Virus record (IMG/VR): IMGVR_UViG_2917865565_000005
Coordinates: 1-38,593 of that record
Strand: one strand, 5' to 3'
Source: a virus
Lineage: Duplodnaviria; Heunggongvirae; Uroviricota; Caudoviricetes
DNA length: 38,593 bases
The position numbers and the translations under genes are program-made. The notes beneath the pieces were generated by a model. It had not been told where the DNA came from and did no database searches. It worked only from the letters and a program-made list of their open reading frames with translations. Shown here piece by piece: positions 1 to 9,920 of this stretch. How positions within the stretch are numbered: position 1 is the stretch's first letter; each line of letters opens with the position of its first letter.

Positions 1-1032
1 TCAAACAGTTGCTGTTGATGTTGGTAGTGTTGCCAGCGGATTAAACCGTAATGCAGTTTCCAGGTGATCCGGTGCCAGATGTGCGTAACGCATGGTCATT
101 TTTATGTCGTGATGTCCGAGGATTTTTTGCAAAGCAAGGATATTTCCACCCGACATCATGAAATGCGCCGCAAACGTATGGCGCAGAACGTGTGTCAGTT
201 GACCGCGAGGGAGCACGATAGACGTTTTTTCCATCACGGATAAAAATTGAAAATAGCAGTCTGTGAAGAAATTGAACCCATCAAGCGCCATGATCTCTTC
301 GTAAAGCTCTTTACTGATAGGGATGCTTCTGTTTTTCTTCCCCTTCGTTCTTACAAAGGTAATTCGGTATTTGGTCACCTGTGAGCGGGTAAGATTTACG
401 GCTTCTCGCCAGCGTGCGCCTGTGCTTAAGCATATTTTGACTACCAGAGCCAGAATTGGGTCCTGACGTTTGCAATCAGCCAGCAGTTCAACAATCTGCT
501 CATGGGTAAGCCATGCCATCTCTTTTTCTGCGATGGTGAATTTTCGCATGTTCTCCAGTGGGTTTGGATACGACCATTCGCCCAGGCGGGATAGTTCGCT
601 AAAAATACTACTTAGATAGCTTTGCTCCAGGTTAATGGTGACCGGGCTGGCTCCTTTCTTCCATTTCTCGCTGAAGTAGATCTCACCTGTCAGTCGTTTA
701 TCTCGATAATGGGCAAACATTTTAGATGTGAGATCGGTTGCAAGGGGATTGCCCAGAGCGTCAACCATCAGCAGCAATTTGTCATAGACATGCTGCCCAG
801 CAGTCAGTGATTTACCATGTAGCTTGAACCATAGCTCAACCACGTCTTTCAGTGTTCGACGATCTACTGATTCACCCAGCCAGGGCTTTGCTTCGGTTTC
901 TTCCATCGTGTGACGCTCAAAAGCCAGAGCTTCGCCTTTGGTGGCGAATTGTTTACGCACACGACGTCCACTACGTCCGGCGGGGTAACATTCGCAAAGC
1001 CATTTTCCTGTGGTGAGTTTTCGTACTGCCAT
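1..1032 (-). CDS. int: Phage tyrosine integrase (P2/186 family)
   Basis: 343-aa ORF; C-terminal tyrosine-recombinase catalytic region 'HVLRHTFAAHFMMSGGNILALQKILGHHDIKMTMRYAHL'; N-terminus resembles P2 Int as I recall it; stop codon is window bases 1-3, so attL lies just left of the window. Confidence 0.9.
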   Translation of the reverse strand: MAVRKLTTGKWLCECYPAGRSGRRVRKQFATKGEALAFERHTMEETEAKPWLGESVDRRTLKDVVELWFKLHGKSLTAGQHVYDKLLLMVDALGNPLATDLTSKMFAHYRDKRLTGEIYFSEKWKKGASPVTINLEQSYLSSIFSELSRLGEWSYPNPLENMRKFTIAEKEMAWLTHEQIVELLADCKRQDPILALVVKICLSTGARWREAVNLTRSQVTKYRITFVRTKGKKNRSIPISKELYEEIMALDGFNFFTDCYFQFLSVMEKTSIVLPRGQLTHVLRHTFAAHFMMSGGNILALQKILGHHDIKMTMRYAHLAPDHLETALRFNPLATLPTSTATV

Positions 1033-1057
1033 AAAAAAGCCCTCATGTCAGAGGGCT
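1033..1057 (-). terminator. Hairpin plus T-tract immediately 5' of the int start codon (minus-strand sense)
   Basis: 7-bp stem AGCCCTC/GAGGGCT (1038-1044 and 1051-1057), 6-nt loop; on the minus strand it is followed by T6 (complement of 1033-1038) abutting the int ATG (1030-1032). The stem also contains the only SD-like purine run for int. Confidence 0.35.
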
Positions 1058-1105
1058 AAATTTAACTGTATGTTTGACCAGTGATCAATGTATGTAAATA
1101 TTAAA

Positions 1106-2878
1106 TCATACGTCAGGGGTAATCCAGTCGACTAAAGCCTCAATACTTTCGAAATCTGCACAGATATCTGAAAGAGGTTGTGTATCTGCTTTTGTTTTGA
1201 AATCAGCCCATACTGATTCATTTTTTTCTGTAAGACCCAAATGGTTTTCTATCGAACCGTTTAGCCAAATCCAAATATTTGCATTTCTCAGTTTTGCGGC
1301 TAATGATGACAAAAATTCTCTGGCGCCGGGCTTTTGAGACATAAGAGCAAATGCTTCAGCTGCGGTAGTGTTACTACCCTTTGTAGGCAAACCGGATCCA
1401 TCGAGAGTGCATTCTCCATTAGCATGCATACTTCTCAAGATTTCTTTTAGTCGTAAAATATCCTCGTCATTATGTTCTAAGAAGTTGTTCCTTATTGCAC
1501 CGCGGAACGCAAAATCTAAATCAACAATTGCTTTTGTAGGTATATCCATTGAATTTAGAATTTGCATCGTTTTAGATATACTTTCAACGGACCCTGTTTC
1601 AATTAGTGCTATTTGCATCTGACCTAATGTTTTATTTTTAACTTTGTTAAAAAATAAATGGGAGCAGAGTAGTCTCTGTTTTACCTTCTGTTAGTATTAC
1701 ATTGTTAGCAAATAAAACTTTTGACGACTGTGTTAATGAAAATAAATGGGTTGCTTGTGCTGGTCGTTGTTCGATTACTTTATTGACTGCTTCTTTTAAT
1801 GTTAATCTGCAATGAGTGCCACGCTGACTGTTTTTTCTGATTAATACAGTGTCTTTTGCTAAGTCAGAGGTAATCATTTGAGATGAATGGGTAGAGAAAA
1901 TTATTTGATATCCATGATGAGATAGTGTTTTTAGAGATTCTCTAATTTGTTCGATAGCAAATGGGTGAAGATATAACTCAGGTTCATCTATTAACAGTAG
2001 AGTAGTTGTTTTAATATCATCACCGTTGGTTATATCAGCTAAATGTCTTATTAGAGCCATCTGAATCGAACGCTGTGTGCCATGACCATAAGAAGAACAG
2101 TCACGAGCAATTCCGGGAAATGAATCTTCATATACTTTTACAGTTCCTGATTTAAATATATCCTTGAAGTCAGGGAGTTCGAAGTGTAGTTTTAAACTTA
2201 TCCCTGGGAAGAAATCAGCAACTTTACTACTTATTGAATTATCAATATCATTGAGGTCCGATATTCGTTTATTACCGGTTGCAGTCATTCTTCTGTTAAC
2301 GGCATTTAAATGGCTTAGTATCCTTTGAGTGTGCTTCTCTTCTATTTTGCAACTCAATTCTGCCAGCAACTTACCTATTGTAGTACCTGTTTTTGATTTT
2401 GAAGAATCATCCGCTGCATTTTCCATTGCACCTATACGTATTGGATCTGGAAATAAAGCTTTTATCGCATTCTCAATACCCGTTGGTGATGTCCTGAATT
2501 CGTTATTTTCTGGGTTTTTAATTAATAACCTGACGTCTTTTGCACTTTGAGCACCAACAATCTGTTGACGCTTAAATATCAATACCCCATCAATAATGTA
2601 GGGTGAAATTCTAGTTCTGTTTTCTTCTGTTAAAGCTGACAAAATATCTTCAGTAATACCCTTAACTGTACCTATAACTTCTATAGGGTTATCTGGATTA
2701 GTATAATCATCAGAGGACAAAAGTTTTTTTCTTAAAAAGCCATTCAATAGCATTTAAAATCGTTGACTTACCTGCATTGTTGTAACCTATTAAAGGCGTG
2801 AATGAAGAAAAAATTGATATCAATATCTTTGCAAGATCTAAAGTTTTTTATAGAAATCTTTGAAAGATGATGATTCAT
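1106..2878 (-). pseudogene. old: OLD-family ATPase-TOPRIM nuclease (P2 Old-like); reading frame broken at three homopolymer runs in this sequence, probably intact in reality
   Basis: Minus-strand reading from ATG 2878 (SD GGAGGAG 6 nt upstream): 'MNHHLSKISIKNFRSC', Walker A 'LIGYNNAGKSTILNAIEW', Walker B-like 'LLLIDEPELYLHP', TOPRIM 'VILTEGKTE' then 'AIVDLD' about 45 aa later. These lie in successive frames joined at A6 2808-2813, T7 2724-2730 (or A5 2734-2738) and A6 1649-1654; removing one base at each gives about 589 codons. ORF-track pieces are 1647..2753 and 1106..1618. Confidence 0.7.
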
Positions 2879-2921
2879 TTTAGACTCCTCCAGTAAATAT
2901 TTAAAAGTAATGCCTGCAATG

Positions 2922-3860
2922 TTATTGTATTGTTAAGATGATGCTGGCTATAATTTGAATATCCTCAATGGAACACTCAAAATCCTTACTCCCACCAGAA
3001 ACAAGAATTTTGTTCTTAGGTAAACGAGTTAACTCTTTTAAAGATAACTCATTGTCAATTCCTACTAACCATTTTCCATCTCTAATTAGGTGAAATTCTT
3101 TATCACATATGACATGTTTTTCTCCATTGCTTACAAACATCAAACTGCTGGTTTCTTGCTTCGGAAGTAGACACCGATCCATGGATAAAAAACCTGACTC
3201 GACAAGCTCGCCATTGACCAAATTGAACTTATTTAAAATCACAGTGTTTTCTTTTTGTGAACCATTTGGCGTTTCGATTCCTGTAACTAGCCAGGTGAGG
3301 TCCGCTTTGGTTTCTAATGCGCATTTAATCACCCAATCCGCAGGGAAAGAATCTCGCATGTATCGTGTGGCTAATGTGCTTTTTGAAATACCAAGGTGAT
3401 CGGCTAAGGCTTGGCGGGTTTTAAACCCGTAAGCATTAACAATCCTCTCTATCGCGGCTTTTCCTCCGTTAGTAAGCTCAATGTGATTCTCAATGTGGCG
3501 CTTTAAGGATGATTGATGAGCGTTGCTGTTAAACCCCTCATGTGGGACTGTTTCATCATGTTGTTCCACATAAGGGGGGAAACTTTCTTCTGCATTGTTA
3601 GAACCAAAGGCCAGCCATTCTAGGGATGCGCCAGTTTCCATTGAACATATAACAACCCAATCAGCAGGGAAGGTATCGCGTGCATATCTATTAGCCATTG
3701 TACTTTGTGAAATACCAAGATGCTTACAGAAGGCTTGGCGTGATTTGAAACCATAGGCCTTGAGTATCCTCTCAATGACTTTTTGCCCTCCACGATTCTG
3801 CATGACCATAGCTTTCAGACTATCTTCGATATGGCGAAATGTGATTTTTTGAGTTGACAT
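2922..3860 (-). CDS. cI: CI-type immunity repressor (186 CI-like) with tandemly duplicated N-terminal HTH domain
   Basis: 312 aa; two copies of a 186-CI-like N-terminal domain ('ERILKAYGFKSRQAFCKHLGISQSTMANRYARDTFPADWVVICSMETGASLEWL' and 'ERIVNAYGFKTRQALADHLGISKSTLATRYMRDSFPADWVIKCALETKADLTWL') followed by a C-terminal domain; divergent from the apl-cII operon. Confidence 0.7.
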   Translation of the reverse strand: MSTQKITFRHIEDSLKAMVMQNRGGQKVIERILKAYGFKSRQAFCKHLGISQSTMANRYARDTFPADWVVICSMETGASLEWLAFGSNNAEESFPPYVEQHDETVPHEGFNSNAHQSSLKRHIENHIELTNGGKAAIERIVNAYGFKTRQALADHLGISKSTLATRYMRDSFPADWVIKCALETKADLTWLVTGIETPNGSQKENTVILNKFNLVNGELVESGFLSMDRCLLPKQETSSLMFVSNGEKHVICDKEFHLIRDGKWLVGIDNELSLKELTRLPKNKILVSGGSKDFECSIEDIQIIASIILTIQ

Positions 3861-3947
3861 ATTCTTTATGTGAACCTATTCTCCGTTTTGTGATGTTTTG
3901 TCACGATTAATACCGGCTCACCACAAGCCAATAGGAGATGTTGCATC
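3861..3947. promoter_or_regulatory. cI / apl intergenic switch region (expected lytic and lysogenic promoters and operators)
   Basis: 87-bp gap between divergent cI and apl starts; direct repeat TTTTGTGA / TTTTGTCA at about 3878-3900; position by analogy to the 186/P2 switch. Promoters not mapped. Confidence 0.4.
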
Positions 3948-4169
3948 ATGACCCCTAACATTTCAATAACTCTGAATACGCCACACGTCACAATTGAGCG
4001 TTATAGCGAACTTACTGGTCTTTCTATCGACACCATCAACGATATGCTGGCTGATGGTCGCATCCCTCGCCATCGCCTTCGGAAAGACAAGAAAAGAGAA
4101 AAGGTAATGATCAACCTTGCTGCTCTTACCGTTGATGCACTTACTGATTGCAATGTTGTATTCAACTAG
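3948..4169 (+). CDS. apl: Apl/Cox-like small HTH excisionase / transcriptional regulator
   Basis: 73-aa ORF, first gene of the rightward early operon, directly upstream of cII; HTH-like '[24 protein letters not shown]'; SD AGGAG 3933-3937. Confidence 0.5.
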   Translation: MTPNISITLNTPHVTIERYSELTGLSIDTINDMLADGRIPRHRLRKDKKREKVMINLAALTVDALTDCNVVFN

Positions 4170-4201
4170 TTCCATTTTGGGGTGCATCAGGAGTGTCGAC
4201 T

Positions 4202-4711
4202 ATGTTTGATTACCAAGTTTCCAAACATCCACATTTTGATGAAGCCTGTCGTGCATTTGCATTGCGCCACAACCTTGTGCAACTGGCAGAACGTGCAGGT
4301 ATGAATGTGCAGATTCTGCGGAACAAGCTGAATCCAGCTCAACCTCATTTATTAACCGCACCAGAAATCTGGTTGCTTACCGATCTGACTGAAGATTCAA
4401 CGCTGGTAGATGGCTTTCTGGCACAGATTCACTGCCTGCCATGTGTACCGATTAATGAGGTGGCAAAAGAGAAACTGCCGCATTACGTCATGAGTGCAAC
4501 TGCAGAGATAGGGCGTGTCGCGGCAGGTGCGGTTTCTGGCGATGTAAAAACCAGTGCAGGCCGTCGTGATGCGATCAGCAGCATTAACTCTGTTACACGA
4601 CTGATGGCGCTGGCTGCTGTTTCATTGCAGGCCCGTTTACAGGCTAATCCTGCGATGGCGAGTGCAGTTGATACCGTGACTGGCCTCGGTGCTTCATTCG
4701 GTTTGCTGTGA
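4202..4711 (+). CDS. cII: CII lysogeny-establishment activator (186 CII-like)
   Basis: From ATG 4202: '[24 protein letters not shown]...[25 protein letters not shown]...', closely matching 186 CII as I recall it; ORF track starts it at an upstream ATG (4148). Confidence 0.8.
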   Translation: MFDYQVSKHPHFDEACRAFALRHNLVQLAERAGMNVQILRNKLNPAQPHLLTAPEIWLLTDLTEDSTLVDGFLAQIHCLPCVPINEVAKEKLPHYVMSATAEIGRVAAGAVSGDVKTSAGRRDAISSINSVTRLMALAAVSLQARLQANPAMASAVDTVTGLGASFGLL

Positions 4712-4718
4712 GGTGCTT

Positions 4719-5015
4719 ATGCTGACGAAAGAACCATCATTTGCATCGCTGCTGGTAAAACAAAGCCCGGCAATGCACTACGGTCACGGCTGGATCATGG
4801 GTGAGGATGGCAAACGCTGGCATCCATATCATTCACAAGATGAATTGCTGTCTGAATTGACCACGAGGAAACGGAGAAAGTCCAAATGTATTCGGCAGAA
4901 AGTGAAGTGGTTTATCAGTTTCGTTACAGAGGGGAGAGTTATTCAGTACCTGAAGATGATTTGCTCTGTTGCTATCCGTCGTTGTCGGGCGATGGTAGCT
5001 ACTTTTTCACGCTAA
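4719..5015 (+). CDS. Hypothetical early protein (Fil-like position); 3' end uncertain
   Basis: ORF with SD GAGGTG before ATG 4719; C-terminal about 40 aa overlap the next gene out of frame and look non-protein-like, so the true stop may be earlier. Confidence 0.3.
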   Translation: MLTKEPSFASLLVKQSPAMHYGHGWIMGEDGKRWHPYHSQDELLSELTTRKRRKSKCIRQKVKWFISFVTEGRVIQYLKMICSVAIRRCRAMVATFSR

Positions 5016-5110
5016 AGGATGGAACCTTTATACGTGGTGAAAGAGTACAAGAAGTGATGCGTATAAAGACATCACCTCTTGAACGTTATCGGCGAAATAT
5101 TTATCGGTAA
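4886..5110 (+). CDS. Hypothetical early protein
   Basis: 74-aa ORF with GGAG 9 nt upstream of the ATG. Confidence 0.4.
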   Translation: MYSAESEVVYQFRYRGESYSVPEDDLLCCYPSLSGDGSYFFTLKDGTFIRGERVQEVMRIKTSPLERYRRNIYR

Positions 5111-5349
5111 CGATCTATCAGTGTCTGTATCAGATGAGTGAATTCTTGCTGTTTAACCGAACCTAAAGGAAGTTTGTTTAATTCTTCGCGGAGGAGCTCA
5201 AAAAATGCTGATTGATTTGCTGAGTCAGTTCGAAATAAGGAGTGGATCAGACCTGAAACAAGAATTCGTTGAACAGCAACCTCATCGCGAAGACTGGAGA
5301 TCTCGTTTTCAAGTTGCTCTATACGCTCTCTTTCAACCGGGTTCAACAT
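5101..5349 (-). CDS. Hypothetical charged coiled-coil-like protein encoded antisense to the early operon
   Basis: 82-aa ORF 'MLNPVERERIEQLENEISSLRDEVAVQRI...'; SD AAGGA 8 nt upstream of the ATG (5347-5349); converges on the preceding plus-strand gene. Confidence 0.45.
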   Translation of the reverse strand: MLNPVERERIEQLENEISSLRDEVAVQRILVSGLIHSLFRTDSANQSAFFELLREELNKLPLGSVKQQEFTHLIQTLIDRYR

Positions 5350-5431
5350 TGATGATTCCTTCTAGCTATCAATACGTTGGTAATAGATCATATCAAAAAT
5401 TTTTTTAGTAGATGTGTTGTGGGATGCATAA

Positions 5432-5773
5432 ATGGCTATTGAAGGCGCTGCGGCGACTGTTCCATTAAGACCCGGTGAACGCCTGAATGGACTTAATCAT
5501 ATTGCGGAGTTAAGGGCGAAAGTTTTTGGTTTGAATATTGAGTCAGAGCTTGAGCGGTTTATTAAAGATATGCGTGATCCACGGGATATCAATAATGAAC
5601 AAAATAAACGGGCACTGGCTGCCATATTCTTTATGGCAAAAATTCCAGCTGAACGTCATAGCATCAACATTAATGAGCTGACCACTGACGAAAAGCGGGA
5701 GTTGATTAAAGCAATGAATCATTTTCGTGCAGTGGTGAGCTTATTTCCCAGACGGCTAACCATGCCGAATTAA
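5432..5773 (+). CDS. Hypothetical phage early protein
   Basis: 113-aa ORF in early operon; no recognisable motif. Confidence 0.5.
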   Translation: MAIEGAAATVPLRPGERLNGLNHIAELRAKVFGLNIESELERFIKDMRDPRDINNEQNKRALAAIFFMAKIPAERHSININELTTDEKRELIKAMNHFRAVVSLFPRRLTMPN

Positions 5774-5834
5774 CCAACTAATGAAATTCATGGCGTAAAC
5801 CCGCCGGGCATCCCTTTATCTAAATTCAGGAGAA

Positions 5835-6074
5835 TTGATTATGCGTAATATTGAAACCCTCACGACTAAAACCGGACCGGATGATGCAGGTCTTAATCTT
5901 TTACTGACAGAGGCCCGTCTTGAAGAACGTCGGGCAAGGGCTGAGGCAATGGCTGCCCGCCTTGATAGCCTGGCGTGTCATATCACATCCCGCCAGCTAA
6001 ACCACGTCGAAGCAGCAGAACTGCTGCGTGTGACCGCTGAAGCAATCCAGAACGAAGCGCAGGAGATCCACTAA
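5835..6074 (+). CDS. Hypothetical phage early protein
   Basis: 79-aa ORF; SD AGGAGA upstream; stop overlaps the next ATG (TAATG). Confidence 0.5.
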   Translation: MIMRNIETLTTKTGPDDAGLNLLLTEARLEERRARAEAMAARLDSLACHITSRQLNHVEAAELLRVTAEAIQNEAQEIH

Positions 6075-6301
6075 TGGCTGATGCAATGGATCTCGTACAG
6101 CAGCGCGTTGAAGAAGAACGCCAGCGCCATATCCGAGCTGCCCGTGCCAAAACACCGGGCGTGTCACGCGTACTTTGCATTGAATGTGAAGCGCCAATTC
6201 CGCCAGCACGCCGCCGCGCCATTCCTGGAGTGCAGCTTTGCATTACCTGTCAGGAAATCGCAGAGCTGAAAGGCAAACATTACAACGGAGGTGCTGTATG
6301 A
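6074..6301 (+). CDS. TraR/DksA-family C4 zinc-finger protein
   Basis: 75 aa with 'CIECEAPIP...(17 aa)...CITCQ' CxxC...CxxC spacing typical of TraR/DksA fingers. Confidence 0.7.
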   Translation: MADAMDLVQQRVEEERQRHIRAARAKTPGVSRVLCIECEAPIPPARRRAIPGVQLCITCQEIAELKGKHYNGGAV

Positions 6302-7155
6302 GCACCATCCTGAAATGGGCGGGAAATAAAACCGCCATTATGTCCGAACTGAAAAAACACCTTCCTGCTGGCCCGCGACTGGTTGAACCTTTCGCGGGTT
6401 CCTGTGCTGTGATGATGGAGACGGATTATCCCAGCTATCTGGTTGCGGATATTAATCCTGATTTAATCAACCTCTATAAAAAGGTTGCCGCTGATTGTGA
6501 ATCATTTATATCTCGCGCCAGAGTTTTATTTAAGGAAGCAAACAGGGAGGTGGCTTATTACAACATAAGGCAGGAGTTTAATTACTCAACTGAAATTACT
6601 GATTTCATGAAAGCGGTATATTTCCTGTATCTCAATCGTCACGGTTACCGTGGTTTATGTCGCTATAACAAGAGCGGGCATTTCAACATTCCCTACGGTA
6701 ATTATAAAAATCCGTATTTCCCTGAAAAAGAAATTCGCGAATTTGCAGAAAAAGCCCAGCGGGCAACGTTTATCTGCGCCAGCTTTGATGAAACGCTGGC
6801 GATGTTGAAGGCGGGGGATGTGGTGTATTGCGATCCGCCTTATGACGGTACGTTTTCCGGCTATCACACTGATGGTTTCACTGAAGATGACCAGTATCAC
6901 CTGGCATCCGTTCTTGAACATCGATCATCAGAAGGTCATCCGGTCATTGTTTCTAACAGTGACACATCCCTGATCCGTTCGCTGTATCGCAATTTCACTC
7001 ACCACTACATCAAGGCAAAACGCAGCATCGGCGTGTCAGCTGGCGAGAGTAAATCTGCAACAGAAATCATTGCTGTTTCCGGGCCGCGCTGCTGGATGGG
7101 ATTTGATCCTTCGCGTGGCGTGGATAGTTCTGCTGTGTACGAGGTGCGTGTATGA
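6298..7155 (+). CDS. dam: DNA N6-adenine methyltransferase (Dam family, no cognate endonuclease seen)
   Basis: 'ILKWAGNK', 'EPFAGSCAV', catalytic 'DPPY'; start ATG 6298 with SD GGAGG; ATGA overlaps with both neighbours. Confidence 0.8.
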   Translation: MSTILKWAGNKTAIMSELKKHLPAGPRLVEPFAGSCAVMMETDYPSYLVADINPDLINLYKKVAADCESFISRARVLFKEANREVAYYNIRQEFNYSTEITDFMKAVYFLYLNRHGYRGLCRYNKSGHFNIPYGNYKNPYFPEKEIREFAEKAQRATFICASFDETLAMLKAGDVVYCDPPYDGTFSGYHTDGFTEDDQYHLASVLEHRSSEGHPVIVSNSDTSLIRSLYRNFTHHYIKAKRSIGVSAGESKSATEIIAVSGPRCWMGFDPSRGVDSSAVYEVRV

Positions 7156-9566
7156 GTCATGCCGATATGAGCAACTCTAGCGGCTTTAACGAGGCTGCCG
7201 CAGCATTTTCATGGAACGGCCCGAAAAAGGCCATTAACCCTTATCTGGAACCGGCGGAAGTTGCGCCGGAGTCTGCACTTTCAAACATGATCACTCTGTA
7301 CGCTGCCGATAACGAGCAGGAACAGCAGCGCCGCGAGGCACTGAGTGATCAGGTCTGGGAACGTTATTTCTTTAATGAATCCCGTGATCCTGTCCAGCGC
7401 GAAATGGAGCAGGATAAGCTCATTAGCCGGGCAAAGCTGGCGCATGAGCAGCAGCGTTTTGACCCGGACATGGTCATTCTGGCGGACGTCAGCGCCCAGC
7501 CTACCCACATCAGCAAGCCGCTGATGCAACGTATCGAATACTTCAGCAGCCTGGGCAGGCCAAAGGCTTATTCCCGCTATTTGCGTGAGACGATTAAGCC
7601 ATGTCTGGAGCGACTGGAGTATGTACGCGACAGTCAGCTATCCGCTTCTTTCCGTTTTATGGCAAGCCATCAAGGGCTTGAGGGCCTGCTGATCCTGCCT
7701 GAAATGAGTCAGGATCAGGTAAAACGCCTGTCCACCCTGGTAGCAGCGCATATGAGCATGTGTCTTGAGGCCGCTTGTGGTGATTTGTATGCCACCGATG
7801 ACGTTAAGCCAGAAGAAATCCGCAAGACATGGGAAAAGGTGGCAGCGGAAACCCTGCGTCTGGATGTTATCCCGCCTGCGTTTGAGAAACTTCGTCGGAA
7901 AAGAAACCGCCGCAAACCCGTGCCCTATGAACTCATTCCGGGTTCGCTGGCGCGTATGCTTTGCGCCGACTGGTGGTATCGGAAATTATGGAAGATGCGT
8001 AGCGAATGGCGGGAAGAGCAGTTGCGTGCTGTTTGCCTGGTCAGCAAAAAAGCATCTCCCTATGTCAGCTATGAAGCAGTGACGCATAAACGTGAGCAGC
8101 GCCGTAAGTCGCTGGAGTTTTTCCGTTCTCATGAACTGGTGAACGAAGACGGCGACACGCTGGATATGGAAGACGTGGTAAACGCCAGCAGCAGCAACCC
8201 TGCGCATCGCCGCAATGAGATGATGGCCTGTGTTAAAGGTCTGGAGCTTATCGCGGAAATGCGCGGTGACTGCGCCGTTTTCTACACCATCACCTGTCCG
8301 TCACGTTTCCATTCCACGCTCAACAACGGCAGACCCAACCCGACCTGGACAAATGCGACGGTAAGACAAAGCAGCGATTATCTGGTCGGCATGTTTGCTG
8401 CATTTCGTAAGGCGATGCACAAAGCCGGGTTGCGCTGGTATGGCGTGCGGGTGGCTGAGCCGCACCATGACGGTACTGTGCACTGGCATCTCATGTGTTT
8501 CATGCGCAAAAAAGACCGCCGCGCCATTACTGCTTTGTTGCGTAAGTTTGCCATCCGTGAAGACCGCGAGGAACTGGGCAATAACACGGGTCCACGCTTT
8601 AAGTCTGAGCTGATAAACCCGCGCAAAGGAACGCCGACAAGCTACATCGCGAAATACATCAGTAAGAACATTGACGGACGTGGTCTGGCTGGCGAGATCA
8701 GCAAGGAAACGGGTAAGTCCCTGCGTGATAACGCCGAATACGTTAATGCCTGGGCGTCTCTGCATCGTGTTCAGCAGTTCCGCTTCTTTGGTATTCCGGG
8801 GCGTCAGGCGTACCGTGAACTTCGCTTGCTGGCTGGTCAGGCGGCAAGGCAACAGGGTGACAAAAAAGCAGGTGCGCCGGTACTGGATGACCCGCGCCTT
8901 GATGCCATCCTGGCTGCCGCTGATGCTGGCTGTTTTGCCACCTACATCATGAAGCAGGGCGGCGTACTGGTTCCCCGCAAATATCACCTTATCAGAACAG
9001 CTTATGAAATTAACGAAGAGCCGACCGCTTATGGCGATCACGGTATTCGTATTTATGGCATCTGGTCACCCATTGTACAGGGCAAGATCTGCACTCATGC
9101 AATGAAATGGAAAATGGTTCGTAAGGCCGTTGACGTTCAGGAGGCGGCAGCCGACCAGGGCGCTTGCGCCCCTTGGACTCGTGGCAATAACTGTCCCCTT
9201 GCTGAAAATTTGAACCAACAGGAGAAAGATAAATCAGCTGATGGGGACACCAGAACGGACATTACCCGCATGGATGACAAGGAGTTGCACGATTACCTGC
9301 ACAGTATGAGCAAAAAAGAGCGCCGGGAACTGGCTGCAAGGTTACGCTTGGTGAAACCGAAACGGCGTAAAGACTACAAACAGCGAATTACAGATCATCA
9401 GCGACAGCAGCTCGTTTATGAGCTGAAGTCCAGAGGATTTGATGGCAGCGAGAAAGAGGTCGATTTACTCCTTCGCGGCGGCAGTATTCCGTCAGGAGCA
9501 GGCCTGCGTATCTTCTATCGGAACCAGCGTCTGCAGGAGGATGATAAATGGCGGAACCTGTATTAA
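7152..9566 (+). CDS. A: Replication initiation (rolling-circle) endonuclease gpA
   Basis: 804-aa ORF at the P2 gene A position after the small early genes; P2 A-like length; '[10 protein letters not shown]' region. Confidence 0.85.
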   Translation: MSHADMSNSSGFNEAAAAFSWNGPKKAINPYLEPAEVAPESALSNMITLYAADNEQEQQRREALSDQVWERYFFNESRDPVQREMEQDKLISRAKLAHEQQRFDPDMVILADVSAQPTHISKPLMQRIEYFSSLGRPKAYSRYLRETIKPCLERLEYVRDSQLSASFRFMASHQGLEGLLILPEMSQDQVKRLSTLVAAHMSMCLEAACGDLYATDDVKPEEIRKTWEKVAAETLRLDVIPPAFEKLRRKRNRRKPVPYELIPGSLARMLCADWWYRKLWKMRSEWREEQLRAVCLVSKKASPYVSYEAVTHKREQRRKSLEFFRSHELVNEDGDTLDMEDVVNASSSNPAHRRNEMMACVKGLELIAEMRGDCAVFYTITCPSRFHSTLNNGRPNPTWTNATVRQSSDYLVGMFAAFRKAMHKAGLRWYGVRVAEPHHDGTVHWHLMCFMRKKDRRAITALLRKFAIREDREELGNNTGPRFKSELINPRKGTPTSYIAKYISKNIDGRGLAGEISKETGKSLRDNAEYVNAWASLHRVQQFRFFGIPGRQAYRELRLLAGQAARQQGDKKAGAPVLDDPRLDAILAAADAGCFATYIMKQGGVLVPRKYHLIRTAYEINEEPTAYGDHGIRIYGIWSPIVQGKICTHAMKWKMVRKAVDVQEAAADQGACAPWTRGNNCPLAENLNQQEKDKSADGDTRTDITRMDDKELHDYLHSMSKKERRELAARLRLVKPKRRKDYKQRITDHQRQQLVYELKSRGFDGSEKEVDLLLRGGSIPSGAGLRIFYRNQRLQEDDKWRNLY

Positions 9567-9636
9567 TTACGCTGGTTAACAATTCGTGCTCTTAATAATA
9601 CCAGGCATATCAGGCTGATGAGCGTAAAAAAAACGT

Positions 9637-9679
9637 TTTACATCAGTAAGATTATTATATACTGTAAATATAAACAGTG
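9637..9679 (+). promoter_or_regulatory. SOS-type promoter with LexA box
   Basis: TACTGTAAATATAAACAGTG (9660-9679) fits CTGT-N8-ACAG with an AT-rich spacer; overlaps a sigma70-like promoter (-35 TTTACA 9637-9642, -10 TATACT 9658-9663); directly upstream of ATG 9721. Confidence 0.6.
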
Positions 9680-9720
9680 TTTATGTGTACAGTATTGCTT
9701 GTGGTGTCATAGGAGGAAAA

Positions 9721-9910
9721 ATGCAGGACTATTTTTTGGAGTCTTTGAAGCTCCAGCGCATTGATTTTTTTTCTTAAGCTTGTAGCGGCTAGTGAGTGTA
9801 GTGATGAAGAGAAGGGACTGGCCCTGCAGTGGGTTTCTGAACTGACAGATGAACTCATGGCAAAAATCAGAACCCACGAATACAACCGCTCAATGGATGT
9901 CATCAGTTGA
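9721..9910 (+). CDS. N-terminal portion of a Tum-like SOS-inducible antirepressor (frame broken at a T8 run)
   Basis: ATG 9721 with SD GGAGG 9712-9716; as given it stops after 18 codons (9721..9777); removing one T from T8 (9765-9772) extends it to TGA 9908-9910. Confidence 0.4.
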
Positions 9911-9920
9911 GGTGACTTTT

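Noticed and set aside
1106-2753. Reading the split old locus as a two-gene ATPase + nuclease system (PARIS- or Gabija-like)
   Set aside because: The downstream ORF contains only the second half of a TOPRIM domain, the upstream ORF ends with the first half, and a one-base correction in the A6 run joins them; the true N-terminus with Walker A is also present upstream in shifted frames. A single Old-type gene explains everything.
9655-9903. 82-aa minus-strand ORF in the A-to-DinI interval
   Set aside because: Antisense to the LexA-box promoter and to the tum-like coding region, which have strong expression signals.
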